64,000 nucleotides of DNA from NCBI GenBank assembly GCA_964355175.1, contig CAYHBZ010000002.1:204537-268536 (forward strand), written 5' to 3'. The position numbers and the translations under genes were made by a program. Below are positions 1 to 9,783 of this stretch, piece by piece (positions within the stretch are counted from its first letter, which is position 1; the number at the start of each line of letters is the position of its first letter). The stretch comes from an uncultured Gammaproteobacteria bacterium. Lineage in GTDB: Bacteria > Patescibacteriota > Patescibacteriia > Magasanikbacterales > GWA2-37-8. The notes under the pieces were generated by a model that was not told the origin of the DNA, made no database searches, and saw nothing but the letters and a program-made list of their open reading frames with translations.

Positions 1-29
1 GCAGAGCGCGAATTAAATCTTCTTATTTT

Positions 30-974
30 TTATTTAATCTCACAGCGTCTTTTTAGTTCCTCTATGTCAGCTGGAGCCAATTTTGCGTTTATACCATTAT
101 TGAGATAAAACATTATTGCCTCGGTGCTGGATACATGTTCCAATCCCAAAGCGTGACCGAACTCATGGGCAAGCACGCGTACTAGTTTGGTAGTGTCGTC
201 AAATTGATAGATATTGATTTGTTGGCCCGTCGCGGAGCTAATATATGTACCCTCTTCAAATTCATCGCCGCGACTGGTGCTAATGGTATTATAGTGAGCC
301 ACTGAAATATTTAAAGTTTTTGCCAGCCGATTTAGAGTATCGGCCAGGGCGTTTAGTTCATCCACTTTATCGTTAAATATTTTTTGTTGGTTTTTAAATT
401 CAGCGACTAATATATTTATTGCCTGTCTTTGTTCTTCCAGGCGTTGCAATTCTTTTTCTGAAGCCCCGCCGCGGCTATTGGACATTTCTACTTCGGCATT
501 GTAGGTAGCTGTGCGGGCAGTTATCTCAGATGTCAATCTGTCCAAGTTTGCTTTGCCGGTAACATGATATTTTTCTAGAGCCAGATACTCAGAGCGAAGT
601 TTTTCATAGGTGGTTTGATTATCTTCTACCACGGTGTCCAATTGGCGCAATTTCAAAGTAGCGTCTTGGCGATAATCATAAATTAAATTAATTTTTAAAG
701 TACCGGTGGGCGAATATTGAAATAGGTTTATGACGGTTGGTTGTTCCCAAATTAGCTCGGCTTGGTCGGCGGCGGCTAAAAAAGTTTTTTGGCTTAGGCC
801 AAATTGTGAATCAAATTTGTCTATTCGGTAGGTGATTGGTATTTGGCAGGTAGCAAATTGTGGATAAAGACGATTTCGGAGATTTAATAAATCAACACGA
901 AAAAAGTAAGCCAGGCCGCTGAGGATAGCGACAACAAAGAGTTGGCCTAAAAATTTATTTAAAGCATTATTCAT
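30..974 (-). CDS. membrane-anchored zinc metalloprotease, matrixin-like (HEFGHALGLEH ... IMFY Met-turn) with central coiled coil
   Basis: N-terminal TM helix, long coiled-coil segment, C-terminal HExxHxxGxxH plus Met-turn motif seen in translation. Confidence 0.7.
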   Translation of the reverse strand: MNNALNKFLGQLFVVAILSGLAYFFRVDLLNLRNRLYPQFATCQIPITYRIDKFDSQFGLSQKTFLAAADQAELIWEQPTVINLFQYSPTGTLKINLIYDYRQDATLKLRQLDTVVEDNQTTYEKLRSEYLALEKYHVTGKANLDRLTSEITARTATYNAEVEMSNSRGGASEKELQRLEEQRQAINILVAEFKNQQKIFNDKVDELNALADTLNRLAKTLNISVAHYNTISTSRGDEFEEGTYISSATGQQINIYQFDDTTKLVRVLAHEFGHALGLEHVSSTEAIMFYLNNGINAKLAPADIEELKRRCEIK

Positions 975-981
975 TAGATTT

Positions 982-1848
982 TTATTTGCAGTTTTCCCAG
1001 CTCACCGGTGTGGCGGTAATAATATTTTTCCAAGCGCCGGCCGGTACTTCATTTTCAGTTACAAATTTCCAGGAAATTTTGGCGTCGCTGTGAGCGTATA
1101 CTTTATCGTTGGCATCATACATTCCCAAACAAGTGCTAAGTGCCGGTGAAACGTCGATGCCTGGATGAGTGGGGGTGGAGTTGCCAAAGACATAATCAAA
1201 ATAATTTGGTGTGCCGTAGTCAATTCTTTTGCCGTTGGCATCAAGAATATCGGGAGTGAGAGAATCTTCCCACTGACCGTAGCAAATTTTATCACCCCGT
1301 TTTAGTTGCACCCAACGATTTTTTACAAAAGAATAATTTTCGCCGGTATCCAATTTTGAATCATACCAAGGAATATCTTTTTTATGTGCGCCAACTTGGC
1401 CGATATCAGTATAAGGTAGTGCCAGATAGAACGGATTTTCTTTCGGAATAAAAGTAGGCAGATAGCCGTTGCGACCAAAAGGAGAATCAATACCGCCATA
1501 ATGATTTACCGCGTGACAATCCCAAGCGGTAGTGCCGTTTGGTCCGGTTTCGCCGATATAAAATTGAGTGGCCAAGACATTGTCGTGCCAAATATATGAG
1601 ATGAGTGTAGATGCCGGTGGTGTTGCCGTGGTTAGAGGTTGTGTTGAAGTTGGTGTTAATTTTGGTTTTGGAGTTGGTTTGGATGTCGAGATTATTTTTT
1701 TGGACGGTGGTAATTTTTTTATTATTTGCACCGGAGATTTTTTTGCATTCTTGGCCATTGGCTTTTTAGCGGCTTGCGCGCCCACGATAAGCATAGTGCA
1801 TAGCGTTACAACTAATAGTGCAAACGCAATTCGGTGGGCAATTTTCAT
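982..1848 (-). CDS. secreted hypothetical protein (signal peptide, Pro/Thr/Lys-rich linker, globular C-terminal domain)
   Basis: signal peptide MKIAHRIAFALLVVTLCTMLIVGAQA, KPTPKPKLTPTST linker; no recognisable catalytic motif. Confidence 0.5.
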   Translation of the reverse strand: MKIAHRIAFALLVVTLCTMLIVGAQAAKKPMAKNAKKSPVQIIKKLPPSKKIISTSKPTPKPKLTPTSTQPLTTATPPASTLISYIWHDNVLATQFYIGETGPNGTTAWDCHAVNHYGGIDSPFGRNGYLPTFIPKENPFYLALPYTDIGQVGAHKKDIPWYDSKLDTGENYSFVKNRWVQLKRGDKICYGQWEDSLTPDILDANGKRIDYGTPNYFDYVFGNSTPTHPGIDVSPALSTCLGMYDANDKVYAHSDAKISWKFVTENEVPAGAWKNIITATPVSWENCK

Positions 1849-1850
1849 AA

Positions 1851-3803
1851 TTAATAAATTATATTATTATCCTCAATTAAATTATTTCTGATAATCAAAT
1901 CGGACGCCTGCACGGCGCTGGTCTGAGCATCATACAGGGTGCGGCATTTTTCTACGGGGAGTCTTTTTTTACTTGGCAATTCTACACAAATACCGTCTTC
2001 AAATCGTCCTTCGCCTCCAGCATGATAATCAATTTTATCGGTGAGAATGCCTTTTATAGTACCAGAAATCAAATTACGTAGAGTCGCTACGGGATTTTTG
2101 GTGTTGATCACATCCTGTCCAAACATGGTGGTGCCGCTCGTATTGATACCTAGTAAATTAGTTATGGTTGGGTATAGATCAATATGGCTGGCTGGGGCTT
2201 TGCTGACGCCGCGCAGTTTGGTGTTTGGTGCCAAAATAATCAGTGGCACCTGTGAATTTTGGAAATCGGCAAAGATGGCTTTGTCCGTGGTGGTGAGAGT
2301 CAATCCGATGTTGGTGAAACTGCCGTGGTCTCCAAAAATAATTATTAAAGAATTATCATACAGTCCGGTTTGTTTTAGCTGTTCAATAAATTTGGCTATG
2401 GCCTGATCGGTATAATGAACGCTCTGAACATAATTTTGTTGTAAGGTGTTTAAATTGGTGGAGGTTGGCATGGCAAAGGTATTGAGATCATTCGGCAATT
2501 TATAAGGAGTGTGTGAAGTCAGCGTAATGAGGGTGGTCATAAATGGCTGTGGCAAAGATTGCAATTTGGGAATAGATTGATCAAAAAAATCTTCATCGCC
2601 CAAATCATAAGCTCCGATTGAGCGCGAAATAGTATAATCTTCTTCGTCAAATGATCTTTCGTATCCCAGGCGCGGATAAATATTCGCGCGATTCCAAAAA
2701 CTGGAAACATCACCGTGCATAGAATAAGCGCGGTATCCGTTTTTTGTCAGTAAGGTCGGCAAAGCGGAAAAATTATTGTAAGCGTGTTTGATAAAGGCGA
2801 CCGTATCCGGCAGAGGATAAAGAGAATTCAGGGTGGAAAATTCGGCGTCGGCCGTAGTGCCGGGGCCTATTTGGGTATAGTAATTTGAGAAGTACAGCCC
2901 CTCTTTGGCCAGTTTATTTAAGTTGGGAGTAATTTCCTGGCCAGCTATTTTTTCATTAATAACCGCATTTTCCAGAGATTCTACTTGTATAATAATTAAG
3001 TTTCTGCCCTTGGTTAATCCAAAATTTTTGGCTGGTTCGCTGTTTTGTTTGTTCTCCTTGATCCATGATTTTGCGAAATTTATTTCTTCGGCCGATGCTT
3101 CCTGTGTGCCAATTGATGTCGATAAAATATCTCCCAGAGAAAAATTTACAATTCCAACTTTGCCTACCATGGCGTTCACATCAAAGAGGCGGTTGTATTG
3201 ATAAATATGGGAGACATTGCCGGCCTCCATATATTCGCGTAGGAATAAATAACTATAGCCGCTTACAATCATAACTATCATGCAAGCGCCAATAACAATT
3301 TTATCTTTTTTGGATAATAAGTTTTCAATAATTTTTCCTTTTATTTCCAGTATAAAGGCAATGATTACCGCTAGTGGCCCAAGTGTAAAAAATATTAAAT
3401 GATAACTTAGTAATGTTTTTACGGTACTCATTACTGTCAATCCTTCGCTGGCATATAAAAAAGCCGACACTTGTAAAAAGCCGCCGGAGTAAGAATGATA
3501 AAGAAATTGCGCGATAAAGAGAAAGGAAACAATTAGCGAGATTATCAGAAGATATAAATATCTATTTATTTTTTTTAAAAATATCGCCGGCCCAAAAAAT
3601 AATAAACCAAAAGCAATCGTCACTATCGTACGACGAATTATATAATGAGTAGGAAAAAGGTGGAGCCAGAGATTAAATAAATGAATCTGCGCTACCGAAA
3701 TAATAATCAGCGCTATTGGCAACCAAGCGCAGAGGATATAGCGGTATAAATTTATGAAAAATAAATTACAATTTTTTTTCAAGTTGGTGATAAAATTTTG
3801 CAT
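1851..3803 (-). CDS. LTA-synthase-like sulfatase / phosphoglycerol-transferase family membrane protein
   Basis: 5 N-terminal TM helices followed by alkaline-phosphatase/sulfatase fold motifs (IIQVESLE, GPGTTADAEF, FGDHGS). Confidence 0.75.
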   Translation of the reverse strand: MQNFITNLKKNCNLFFINLYRYILCAWLPIALIIISVAQIHLFNLWLHLFPTHYIIRRTIVTIAFGLLFFGPAIFLKKINRYLYLLIISLIVSFLFIAQFLYHSYSGGFLQVSAFLYASEGLTVMSTVKTLLSYHLIFFTLGPLAVIIAFILEIKGKIIENLLSKKDKIVIGACMIVMIVSGYSYLFLREYMEAGNVSHIYQYNRLFDVNAMVGKVGIVNFSLGDILSTSIGTQEASAEEINFAKSWIKENKQNSEPAKNFGLTKGRNLIIIQVESLENAVINEKIAGQEITPNLNKLAKEGLYFSNYYTQIGPGTTADAEFSTLNSLYPLPDTVAFIKHAYNNFSALPTLLTKNGYRAYSMHGDVSSFWNRANIYPRLGYERSFDEEDYTISRSIGAYDLGDEDFFDQSIPKLQSLPQPFMTTLITLTSHTPYKLPNDLNTFAMPTSTNLNTLQQNYVQSVHYTDQAIAKFIEQLKQTGLYDNSLIIIFGDHGSFTNIGLTLTTTDKAIFADFQNSQVPLIILAPNTKLRGVSKAPASHIDLYPTITNLLGINTSGTTMFGQDVINTKNPVATLRNLISGTIKGILTDKIDYHAGGEGRFEDGICVELPSKKRLPVEKCRTLYDAQTSAVQASDLIIRNNLIEDNNIIY

Positions 3804-4092
3804 ATCAAGTTTGGTATAAGTTGGAACTAAAGACGATTTATTTTATCACATTCCATATTATAAATACAATAAAAATCGAATCGGTATTTCTATGGATAAA
3901 AAAGCCGGTTTTTCATTGGTTTTATTGGGTGTGTAACTGCTGTTGCTATTGGCTAAAAGGGTGTATAGTAAATTACAGAGAGAGGGCGGGCTTTATTAGG
4001 CCCCTATATATTGTAGAGGCGCGGTGCGTATTAATTAAAAGGTCGGCACTTCATTTAACTACTGCTCGCTGATTATTTTTAATTCTACATAT

Positions 4093-4242
4093 ATGTTGTG
4101 GACTATCGTTCTTATATTAGTAATTTTATGGCTACTCGGCATGGTAAGCTCGTATACACTAGGCGGGTTTATCCATCTTTTGCTCATTATAGCTATAATT
4201 ATTATTCTGATTAGATTGATTAGAGGTGAAAAAGTCTTATGA
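4093..4242 (+). CDS. 49-aa hydrophobic two-helix peptide (Lmo0937-like small membrane protein)
   Basis: ATG at 4093, MLWTIVLILVILWLLGMVSSYTLGGFIHLLLIIAIIIILIRLIRGEKVL; stop overlaps ATG of next gene (ATGA); below ORF-track size cutoff. Confidence 0.55.
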   Translation: MLWTIVLILVILWLLGMVSSYTLGGFIHLLLIIAIIIILIRLIRGEKVL

Positions 4243-4538
4243 GCCCGGAGATTCTAGAAACATTAAAAATCTTTGGCGCCAACATGGGTCTGCCCGATAC
4301 TGATCCAAGAATTATTTTTGCGCGCTTGATACGCTCGGCGATGGGATTCGTCGGCATAGTGATGCTGGTAATGATTCTTTGGAGTGGACTGCTCTTTATG
4401 ACTTCCGGTGGTGATGAAGATAAAGTAAAGCGCGCCAAGATGACGTTTTTCAATGCTATTATCGGGCTGATAATAATATTGTCTGCCTACAGTATCGTAG
4501 CCTTCGTGCTACAGGCGTTGAGCGCGGCCAATACTTAA
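4239..4538 (+). CDS. VirB2/TrbC-like type IV secretion pilin-like protein (two TM helices flanking charged loop)
   Basis: IVMLVMILWSGLLFMTSGGDEDKVKRAKMTFFNAIIGLIIILSAYSIV architecture typical of T4SS pilins common in CPR genomes. Confidence 0.55.
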   Translation: MSPEILETLKIFGANMGLPDTDPRIIFARLIRSAMGFVGIVMLVMILWSGLLFMTSGGDEDKVKRAKMTFFNAIIGLIIILSAYSIVAFVLQALSAANT

Positions 4539-4555
4539 TTTTAATTTTTAAATAT

Positions 4556-5056
4556 ATGGATAAAAATACCAAAATCCTCCTAGGAGTTGTCGCTGTGGTT
4601 ATCGTGCTCGGCGGTTTAATTTGGGTGGTATTTTCCAATAACTCGGCCGGCTGGAATTCTTCAAACAGCACTTCTTCTGATTATCTCAAATCTATCCAGT
4701 CAATTCCTACTTCTACAGCAGTCAATACGACCGGCGGTACTGGCACAAGTACTCCTAGGGTTGGTGATGCGGATAAAAATATTGCTCTGTATGTAGAAAT
4801 GGTAAAAAAGTTTCCCGGCGTACGTTTTGAATTTTCTAAAAATTGTACTTTAGTTACCCCGACTGATTTTGTGATAAAAAAAGGTAACCAGTTTATGATT
4901 GATAATCGTGACTCAAAAAGCCATGTATTCACTTTTGCTGGACAGAAATATACCGTATCTGATTATGGTTATGCCATAGTTTCTACTCCAAAAGTCGGTA
5001 TCCAGTCGGTATTCTGTGATGGTGTGCAAAGGTCAAAGGTAAATGTACAAAGATAG
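4556..5056 (+). CDS. membrane-anchored hypothetical protein (N-terminal TM, Ser/Thr/Asn-rich linker, C-terminal domain)
   Basis: ORF with TM anchor LLGVVAVVIVLGGLIWVVF; co-directional with pilin gene. Confidence 0.45.
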   Translation: MDKNTKILLGVVAVVIVLGGLIWVVFSNNSAGWNSSNSTSSDYLKSIQSIPTSTAVNTTGGTGTSTPRVGDADKNIALYVEMVKKFPGVRFEFSKNCTLVTPTDFVIKKGNQFMIDNRDSKSHVFTFAGQKYTVSDYGYAIVSTPKVGIQSVFCDGVQRSKVNVQR

Positions 5057-5216
5057 GAAATCAGCCCAATACGCCTTCCTATTGACAAAATCGCTGTTTT
5101 ATGCTATACTTAAGTGTTTTTAACAACTAGCCGTGACTTTCGCGGCCTTAGACTCGAATCTCTTTTTAGTGTCGCATTTATGTGGCCCAAGTGAAGTCGG
5201 GTCACATAAATGTCAT

Positions 5217-6509
5217 ATGACACAGGTGCAAAAAAATATCACCAGTTTTGGTGAATTGGGCCTCGCGCCCAAGCTACTCTCGGTCCTTGAGACCAATGGT
5301 TTTATTCATCCTACTCCTATTCAGCAGAGGGCTATCCCTGTTGCTTTGGAAGGTAAGGATGTAGTCGGAATAGCGCAAACCGGTACCGGCAAAACGCTGG
5401 CTTTTGGTTTACCGATGATCCAAAGTATTTCTCGTAACAAGGGTCAGGGTTTGGTATTGGTACCGACTCGCGAGCTTGCTATTCAGGTAGAAGAAACTCT
5501 ACAAAAAATTGGCCGCGCGATTGGTCTACAAACCGTAGTGCTGATTGGTGGCGCGCCCATGTATATGCAGACCAAAGCTCTGCGTCACAGTCCGCATATT
5601 ATTATTGCTACTCCAGGACGTCTGATGGACCATATGGAACAAAAGACTGTGAGTTTACAAAATATTAAAGTGGTGGTGCTCGATGAAGCCGATCGTATGT
5701 ATGATATTGGTTTCGCTCCACAAGTAAAACAAATTTTGCGCGCGGTTCCAAGCGATCGTCAGAGCATGTTGTTTTCGGCTACGATGCCGGCCGCCATTGC
5801 TTCTATCGCTACTCACTCGATGAAAAATCCGGTGCGTATCGAAGTAGCTCCGGTTGGTACTACTGCCAAGCTGATTGATCAGGCGATATATATGGTGGGC
5901 AAAGAATTACGCCTGCAATTACTGGATCTGTTGCTCGAAAAAGAATCTGGCACAGTATTGGTATTTTCTCGCACCAAACATGGCGCCAAAAAAATCGCTT
6001 CCTCTATCCGCAACATGAATCATACGGCGATGGAAATCCACAGTGATCGTTCGTTGGCTCAGCGCCGCGCCGCTCTTAGTGGTTTTAAATCTGGTGCGCA
6101 TCGTGTACTGGTGGCTACTGATATTGCCGCTCGCGGTATTGATGTTACCGGAATTTCTTTGGTAATCAATTTTGATTTGCCAAATAATTCTGAAGATTAT
6201 GTGCATCGCATTGGCCGTACCGGTCGTGCTGGTGCTTCTGGTAGAGCGGTATCTTTCGCTACACCGGATGAACGCGGCGTATTGCGTGATATTGAACGCC
6301 TTATCAAAAAACCTTTGCCAATTTTGGCTTTGCCGGTATTGCCGCAAAAGCGTGCGCAGTCCAATTCAGCTCATCTCATGGGTCATGAACCGCGTGCGTA
6401 TAACCAAGGCAATAGCCGACCAAGATGGGGCAATAATCAACGCAGCGGTGGCAGTGGTCAGCGCGTGAATAAATTTTCCAACCCTCGTCACGCCCGCAGT
6501 CGCTACTAA
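5217..6509 (+). CDS. DEAD-box ATP-dependent RNA helicase with RG-rich C-terminal tail
   Basis: Q-motif, AQTGTGKT, DEAD, SAT, HRIGRTGRAG motifs; start taken at internal Met (MTQVQKNITSFGELG) of the 5133 ORF. Confidence 0.9.
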   Translation: MTQVQKNITSFGELGLAPKLLSVLETNGFIHPTPIQQRAIPVALEGKDVVGIAQTGTGKTLAFGLPMIQSISRNKGQGLVLVPTRELAIQVEETLQKIGRAIGLQTVVLIGGAPMYMQTKALRHSPHIIIATPGRLMDHMEQKTVSLQNIKVVVLDEADRMYDIGFAPQVKQILRAVPSDRQSMLFSATMPAAIASIATHSMKNPVRIEVAPVGTTAKLIDQAIYMVGKELRLQLLDLLLEKESGTVLVFSRTKHGAKKIASSIRNMNHTAMEIHSDRSLAQRRAALSGFKSGAHRVLVATDIAARGIDVTGISLVINFDLPNNSEDYVHRIGRTGRAGASGRAVSFATPDERGVLRDIERLIKKPLPILALPVLPQKRAQSNSAHLMGHEPRAYNQGNSRPRWGNNQRSGGSGQRVNKFSNPRHARSRY

Positions 6510-6520
6510 TTTATAAGTTC

Positions 6521-6558
6521 AAAAAAAATATCCCTATTCCGTAGGGATATTTTTTTTG
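6521..6558 (+). terminator. rho-independent terminator (ATATCCCTATTCCGTAGGGATAT + T-run)
   Basis: GC hairpin followed by T8 immediately after helicase stop. Confidence 0.7.
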
Positions 6559-6643
6559 CTATACTATGTCTATTATTAATAAATTTTTGCGCCACCACTA
6601 AAGTTTAGGTGGCACGCGGCCATTTCATTCGGAATGACATTAT

Positions 6644-7690
6644 ATGTATAAAAATTTCATCTTTCCTATCCTTTCAAAATTTGATGCTGAAGACGCGCAT
6701 GATTTTATTTTTTCTTCTCTCAAAATACTTTTTTATATTCCGGGAGCGCGCTGGCTCACCAAAAAAATTTATACTATTGAAGATAAAGAATTGGAGCGTA
6801 AGGTTTTTGGTTTGACCTTCAAAAATCCCGTAGGTTTGGCCGCTGGCCTGGACAAAGGCGCCAAGCTTTTTGATGAGTTGGCTTATTTTGGTTTTGGATT
6901 TATTGAAATTGGTACCGTGACGCCGCTAGCTCAGCCTGGCAATGATCAGCCGCGACTATTTCGTCTGAAAATGGACGAAGCCCTGATCAATCGCATGGGC
7001 TTCAACGGCGAAGGAGTAAAGGTGGTAGTGGAGAGACTGAAAAAAAGAAGTAATTATAAAATAATTATTGGCGGTAATATTGGAAAAAATAAAATTACTA
7101 GTAATGAAGAGGCGATAAAAGATTATGAAATTTGTTTTAACGAAATGTTTTCGTGGGTGGATTATTTTGTAATCAATGTGAGCTCTCCTAATACGCCCGG
7201 ACTGCGTGCTTTGCAGGATAGAGAGCCGTTGACCAAATTGTTGGTTAGTTTACAGGAGCTAAATTGGCAAAGAGAAAACCCCAAACCGATTTTATTGAAA
7301 ATCGCGCCCGATCTTACTAATGAACAGCTCGATGATATTATCGCGATTGTGAAAGAAACAAAAATTGACGGAGTAATAGCGACCAACACTACCATTTCTA
7401 GACATAGACTAAAAACGCCGCCAGAAATAATTGAACAAATTGGCGCAGGCGGACTAAGCGGCAAACCTCTCACTGTCCGTAGTACCGAAGTGGTACGCTA
7501 TTTGGTGGAAAAATCCGGCCATACTTTTCCTGTGATCGCTGTGGGTGGAGTTCACAGCGCGGCCGACGCCATAGAAAAAATAAAAGCGGGCGCCGCTTTA
7601 GTACAGATATATACGGGATTTATTTATGAAGGTCCGGCTTTGATTAAAAAAATCAACAAAGAGATTTTGGATGAATTGAAAACAGTCTAA
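6644..7690 (+). CDS. pyrD: dihydroorotate dehydrogenase (quinone-type, class 2)
   Basis: [49 protein letters not shown] motifs. Confidence 0.85.
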   Translation: MYKNFIFPILSKFDAEDAHDFIFSSLKILFYIPGARWLTKKIYTIEDKELERKVFGLTFKNPVGLAAGLDKGAKLFDELAYFGFGFIEIGTVTPLAQPGNDQPRLFRLKMDEALINRMGFNGEGVKVVVERLKKRSNYKIIIGGNIGKNKITSNEEAIKDYEICFNEMFSWVDYFVINVSSPNTPGLRALQDREPLTKLLVSLQELNWQRENPKPILLKIAPDLTNEQLDDIIAIVKETKIDGVIATNTTISRHRLKTPPEIIEQIGAGGLSGKPLTVRSTEVVRYLVEKSGHTFPVIAVGGVHSAADAIEKIKAGAALVQIYTGFIYEGPALIKKINKEILDELKTV

Positions 7691-7696
7691 GGCGAT

Positions 7697-7726
7697 AAAA
7701 CACCTTATTTAAAGGTGTTTTTTTAA
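7697..7726 (+). terminator. rho-independent terminator after pyrD
   Basis: AAACACCTT-ATTT-AAAGGTGTTT hairpin plus T-run. Confidence 0.65.
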
Positions 7727-8036
7727 TTAAAAAATTTGTCCACATTTTTAATTTGACCTTCTTAAAATTTACTATTACTATACTCGTAGTTCTTTAGGTA
7801 TTAAACTCTATCAAACGTGGAAGTGAGGTGTGATTCCTCCACTGTGCCGCAACGGTAAAGCCCCGACTGAATCGGGGATAAGTCCGGTCTTCGTATGATA
7901 TGGTTTGTAGCTATCCTCGAGCAAGGACGAGCGAAAACAGGCCCCAAGAAAGTGCACTTATCTGTATTTTCTTGGGTTCTGATTCTCGGCGTCCTTGTTG
8001 TTTCAAGGACGCTTTTGTTTTCTCTGGAGGTGCACG

Positions 8037-8387
8037 ATGAATCGTAGGTGGTTTCTGGGTCTGTGTGGCGGTGTGGCGTTGGTGTTGGTCGGGTGTGAGT
8101 CTTCGCCCCCGATGACGCTGCTCGAGCTGCTCCAGCGGCAGGATGGAAAGGAGTTCTTGGCTGAGCGGCGGATGCTCAACGGTCACGAGACGCTGTACGT
8201 GATCGGTGTCCGGGATCAGGGCGTACAAGAGTACAGGCTGGAAGACCGGGTCAAGGGGTATTCCTGGATCTTCTACGTCGGTGACGAATACCAGCGGGTG
8301 CTGGTGGACAAGTCGCCCAGCGAATACCTGGTGGCTCCGGGTACGCGGGTCTACGTGGCCTACGAGCCCTGGCAGTCCTGGGCGTGA
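8037..8387 (+). CDS. GC-rich (about 60%) lipoprotein of unknown function (lipobox LVGC)
   Basis: MNRRWFLGLCGGVALVLVGCESS signal/lipobox; coding GC far above surrounding genome. Confidence 0.6.
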   Translation: MNRRWFLGLCGGVALVLVGCESSPPMTLLELLQRQDGKEFLAERRMLNGHETLYVIGVRDQGVQEYRLEDRVKGYSWIFYVGDEYQRVLVDKSPSEYLVAPGTRVYVAYEPWQSWA

Positions 8388-8437
8388 GCCTGTGTTCCGT
8401 CCTGAAATATGGATGGATAGGAAGGCACGAGCGGAAT

Positions 8438-8515
8438 AAAAAACCGTTCGCTACCAACCTATTTTGTTTCTAATTTTTTAGAGATAGAATAGGGTAGCGA
8501 ACGGTTTTCTTTTTT
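8438..8515. terminator. long bidirectional hairpin (16-bp perfect stem AAAACCGTTCGCTACC / GGTAGCGAACGGTTTT)
   Basis: perfect inverted repeat between convergent genes, T/A runs both sides. Confidence 0.6.
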
Positions 8516-9109
8516 ATAAATTCCGACAGCTATGAGCGCGCCGATAAAACTTCCCGCGGCACCACCGATAATATCATATTTGGTATCAAGGTTTATTTCC
8601 GTGCCGTAGATTCCAAACAGGCGAGTATTAAAGATGGTATCCATAGTATATTCATAGAATTCCCAATCGATCACACAGCTCATTACCGTCATCGTTGCCA
8701 GCGCGATGGAATAGTATGGTCGTATTTCCAAATGTTGATGTAGTACCAGAGATAAAATTATCACACTTAAAAGCGGCATCAAAAAATGTAGGAATTTATC
8801 AAATGGCAAACCGATAATATATAGTTGGTAAAGTCCAATGTCGCCCAAGGCGTTACTTAAAAATATAGTTGATAATAAAAATTCAAACATAGTGGCGGCG
8901 TGATTTTTTTGGTGAGCCTGGGCATGAGTCGTTTCAACTTTGATAAGTTTTGGCAGGACGATTATCATCAGGGCGGCGCTGAGCGTGCCGACGCCCAAAT
9001 AGCGGACATCATAAAAATCTGGGAACCAACGGACCGGCAATATTAAAGCAACAATACCGATGCTAAATAGGATATATAGAGATATCTTCACAAACATCTT
9101 GATAGTCAT
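8459..9109 (-). CDS. polytopic integral membrane protein, unknown function
   Basis: 6 predicted TM helices, no catalytic motif recognised. Confidence 0.5.
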   Translation of the reverse strand: MTIKMFVKISLYILFSIGIVALILPVRWFPDFYDVRYLGVGTLSAALMIIVLPKLIKVETTHAQAHQKNHAATMFEFLLSTIFLSNALGDIGLYQLYIIGLPFDKFLHFLMPLLSVIILSLVLHQHLEIRPYYSIALATMTVMSCVIDWEFYEYTMDTIFNTRLFGIYGTEINLDTKYDIIGGAAGSFIGALIAVGIYKKENRSLPYSISKKLETK

Positions 9110-9250
9110 ATAGGGGGCTTAAAATTTAGATCCTCTCGTATCTATATCATAATCCTTTGATAAATTTTTTTCTATAGAGTTATTAACTTTGACTATTTAC
9201 GTTTTGACTGGTAGATTATATATATAAATTTGATTTTTTTAATATGAGCT

Positions 9251-9670
9251 ATGAATAATCCGATCTGCGATCAAAAACTATCTTCGTGGGCTCCGTTGGT
9301 TTTGCGTTTAGGTATGGCCGCGGTAGTAGGCTGGTTTGGTATTTCACAAGTCTATAGTCCCGATGATTGGGTAGGCGTGGTGCCACAATGGGCGTCGAAT
9401 TTGTCTGGCCTGAGTAACTTTTTAATTGTTAGTATTAATGGTTGGTTTGAGATTATTGCCGCTTTATTGTTAGTTTTGGGTTTTTGGGTGCGCTGGGTGG
9501 GATTACTTTTATCAGCCCATTTGTTTGTGATTGCTTCAAGCTTCGGAATTACTAGTCCCACCGGTATTCGTGATTTTGGTTTGAGCTTTGCTCTGCTCGC
9601 GATATTTTTTGCCGGTCAAGATAAGCATTGTCTTGATTATAAAGACCCTGTCCCAGCGGTAATTAAATAA
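9251..9670 (+). CDS. DoxX-family membrane protein
   Basis: LVLRLGMAAVVGWFGISQV and 4-TM layout typical of DoxX. Confidence 0.5.
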   Translation: MNNPICDQKLSSWAPLVLRLGMAAVVGWFGISQVYSPDDWVGVVPQWASNLSGLSNFLIVSINGWFEIIAALLLVLGFWVRWVGLLLSAHLFVIASSFGITSPTGIRDFGLSFALLAIFFAGQDKHCLDYKDPVPAVIK

Positions 9671-9783
9671 GTTTTTAGTTCAAAAACTCTCGATTTATTC
9701 GGGAGTTTTTTTATTCTATTTGTGCTTGCATTTTGCCGGTTTTTATTCTACACTATACCAAGATTACTCATTATTTTTATTAC

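Noticed and set aside
1568-1891. 107-aa ORF antisense to the secreted-protein gene
   Set aside because: Fully overlapped by a longer ORF with a clear signal peptide and domain; shadow ORF.
3821-4072. 83-aa ORF in the AT-rich intergenic region before the pilin mini-operon
   Set aside because: Low-complexity Cys/Trp-rich translation with no RBS, in a promoter-like AT-rich region; probably spurious.
5133-5216. GTG start at 5133 for the DEAD-box helicase
   Set aside because: The 28-aa extension lacks conservation and the Q-motif region begins after the internal Met; the start is more likely at 5217.
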